Shown one piece after another: positions 61,425 to 64,000 of a DNA stretch of 64,000 nucleotides (within the stretch, counting starts at the first letter, position 1; every line of letters begins with the position of its first letter). A program made the translations under genes and the position numbers. Source of the stretch: Chrysomallon squamiferum. Lineage: Eukaryota > Animalia > Mollusca. The DNA lies in the NCBI GenBank assembly GCA_012295275.1, contig CM022671.1:16926001-16990000 (forward strand). The letters run 5' to 3'. The notes beneath the pieces were generated by a model that saw nothing but the letters and a program-made list of their open reading frames with translations, did no database searches and was not told the origin of the DNA.

Positions 61425-61950
61425 TTTTAATGACTCCCTATATTTTGATATTTAATATATTTAATTGCTTTTTCTCTTTTAATGAATGTGATTTTAATAA
61501 TACTCCATTTTTTAAATGTTTGTTATACTTATGTTATTTGCTGATTTAATTAACATTGCTTTTATTTTTAATGACTCCCTATATTTTGATATTTAATATA
61601 TTTAACTGCTTTTTTCTCTTTTAATGAATGTGATTTTAATAATACTCCATTTTTTTAATGTTTGTTATACTTATGTTATTTGCTGATTTAATTAACATTG
61701 CTTTAACATGACTCTGTATTTTGGTGTTTTACTATATTTACTTTCATCTTCTTTTAATGAATATTATTTTAACACCCCATATTCTTTATATTTACTCTGT
61801 TTTTATCATTTACTATTTTAATTAATACTGCTTTAATGACTTCCTGTATTTTTGATATTTACTATATATATTATCATTTACTTTTAATGAATATTTTAAC
61901 ACCCCATATTTTTAACAATCACTATATTTACTGTCATTTAACCTACATTT
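61425..61950. repeat. ~141-bp tandem repeat (2 near-identical + degenerate copies)
   Basis: ttttaatgactccctatattttgatatttaatatatttaa...ttaattaacattgcttt at 61425 and 61566, followed by diverged copies. Confidence 0.85.
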
Positions 61951-63739
61951 ACTGTCCTACATTTGATTCATTTTTTTTTAAAAAGAACAATTATGATATG
62001 AGAGGAACCCCCACCAATACAATCCACTACACCTTTATGAACCATTGTATGCATTACTAAATAAATATAAAAACTGACAAACCATCCACAAAGCACTGGT
62101 TTGAATAACAGTGAAAATGTGTACTAAAGAGATCTGATCTTGCAACATAGCAAATCAAATATCCTAAACATTTAACTACAACAACCTCTTTGAAAGGAAG
62201 ATTTGAAAAGAAAAGACTAACAACTGTCATTAGTTTTTCTGAATTTGCTTCATAGCATATTTAAAAAAGGTTTCTGCTAAAAAATTCAAATAATCATGAA
62301 AAGTATTTTATAAAAACTGCTCAGTAAAATTTTATATATGTATATGAGCAAAACACTAATATACAAGCAAACATAATGTCAACAACACTGCTACCAGCAG
62401 CAATATTACCATCATCTTTATTATTATTATCATCTTTACTGGTAGTGGTAGTAATAGTAGTAGTAGTAGTAGTAGAGTTATTGTTCTTGTGTTATTATTA
62501 TTATTAATATTATAATTGTTATTAATTATCATTATTATTAGTAGTAGTAGTAATAATAGTATGATTATTATTAGCAGTAGCACTAGTAGTAGTACTTGTA
62601 GTAGTAGAATTATTGTTTTTGTTGTTATTATTATTATATATATATCATGAATATGCAATCTGACTTAAAATCAATAACAACAATATTAAAATGATAATTT
62701 TAAAACAAAGAGCAACAACTCCTATACACAAGCAATCCACACTCTCAAACAGAATATTTTATCCACTTTGATAAATATCAACATTCTGACATCTATCCCT
62801 TTACATTTATATACATGACTTTGTAGTAAACCTAAAGCAGTTACCTGTTATAGAAATATTTTGTAGCACCTCTTTGTGTCTGAAGAATGAACTATTATCA
62901 TCAGTGGAGAAACTGTATATGTCTCTGTCGTTGTAACACAAGTCAAACAGTCAACAAACCTCTCTCGCCAGTGACAATTTAAAACATTTTATACACTAAT
63001 AACAACATTAAAATAATATTCTAACCAAATCCTTGAAAAAAAGGAGTAAATCTTATAAAAGGAATCCATATTCACAAACAGGATATTTTGTCATCAACTT
63101 TGATAAATATTCACATGTATGCTGTTTGGGAAACTCTGGCTTTACTGAAGATGCTGTTTCAAATAAACACTCTTTTTCTCCATCAATAACAATGTGATTC
63201 TCGTATCTACAATAACATGCCATTCGGAACCATGAACTAGAATAGCTTAATCACTTGCTATGGTGTCTGCCAACAGCATTTCATATTTTAAGTAGATCAT
63301 ATCTATCTCCACACAATAACAATTACCATACAAATACTAATCTCACACTATCTCAAAAAACAGGCAGTGTAAGCCACAAATATTTTAAATGGTGTTGGAA
63401 GCAGTTAAAATTTCTAAAATATTTCAGGTATACCCCTACCAGTCACCTAACAGTTAATTTCAAGGTAACGTAAAGCATACAATTTGGACCAAAACAAGAA
63501 TGATCTTTTTTCACTTTCTTTTGTTGGTAATGTTCAGATTATAGTAAATGCTCTATTTTAAAGCCTATCACATTTACTGTGAAGTTTATACACAGTTTGA
63601 TGAATAGATAAACATCCACTGTTTGGGTCACTGCAGATATGATGGTTATTAGTTGTAACTTAGATGTGATATTTTTCTCATTCAGATAAAGGATAACATA
63701 CAGAGTTACATTTTCCATAAATTATCTGTTGAAACTCCT

Positions 63740-63925
63740 ACTCCTCCTACTCCTTCTACTACTACTAATATTACTATCATTTTACTACTACTACTACTAC
63801 TACTACTACTATTATTACTGCTACTACTCCAGTTATTACAATTACTAATACTGCCACTACTACTACTACTACTACTACTACTAGTACTACTACTGTAGCT
63901 ACTACTACTATCATTATTACTGCAA
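63740..63925. repeat. Degenerate (ACT)n microsatellite
   Basis: Directly visible. Confidence 0.85.
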
Positions 63926-64000
63926 TTAACATAATTTATGATGATAATTTAATAACACAACAACAACAAAGAACAACTACTAATAATAAAAATAATAACA

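Overview
AT-rich, microsatellite-dense, intron-containing animal genomic DNA. It is probably invertebrate; mollusc is only an impression. (1) From <1 to ~20310 lies a head-to-tail array of at least five ~4.3-kb units. Each unit carries one minus-strand terminal exon encoding a polyprotein built from an 11-aa repeat (xDEAELS-RVKR, 11-13 furin-type sites in the intact copies), followed by His-rich and Trp-Trp basic segments. I found no start or signal exon inside any unit. A single 63-nt signal-peptide exon (27852-27790) ends in phase 0 and fits the phase-0 acceptor of every copy. This suggests one leader exon feeding a bank of alternative last exons; two copies are intact and three are frameshifted in this sequence. 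(2) A complete 6-coding-exon, 334-aa PLP fold-type II serine/threonine dehydratase (serine racemase family) gene lies on + at 31320-36703. (3) A 741-bp Tc2/pogo-type MITE sits at 38637-39377. (4) A 7-coding-exon whirlin/harmonin-family gene (HHD-PDZ-PDZ-tail) lies on - at 53362-43863, with two compensating frameshifts and a candidate 18-nt microexon. The rest is intron or intergenic DNA with simple repeats. All gene models were spliced by eye, with no database search or expression data.
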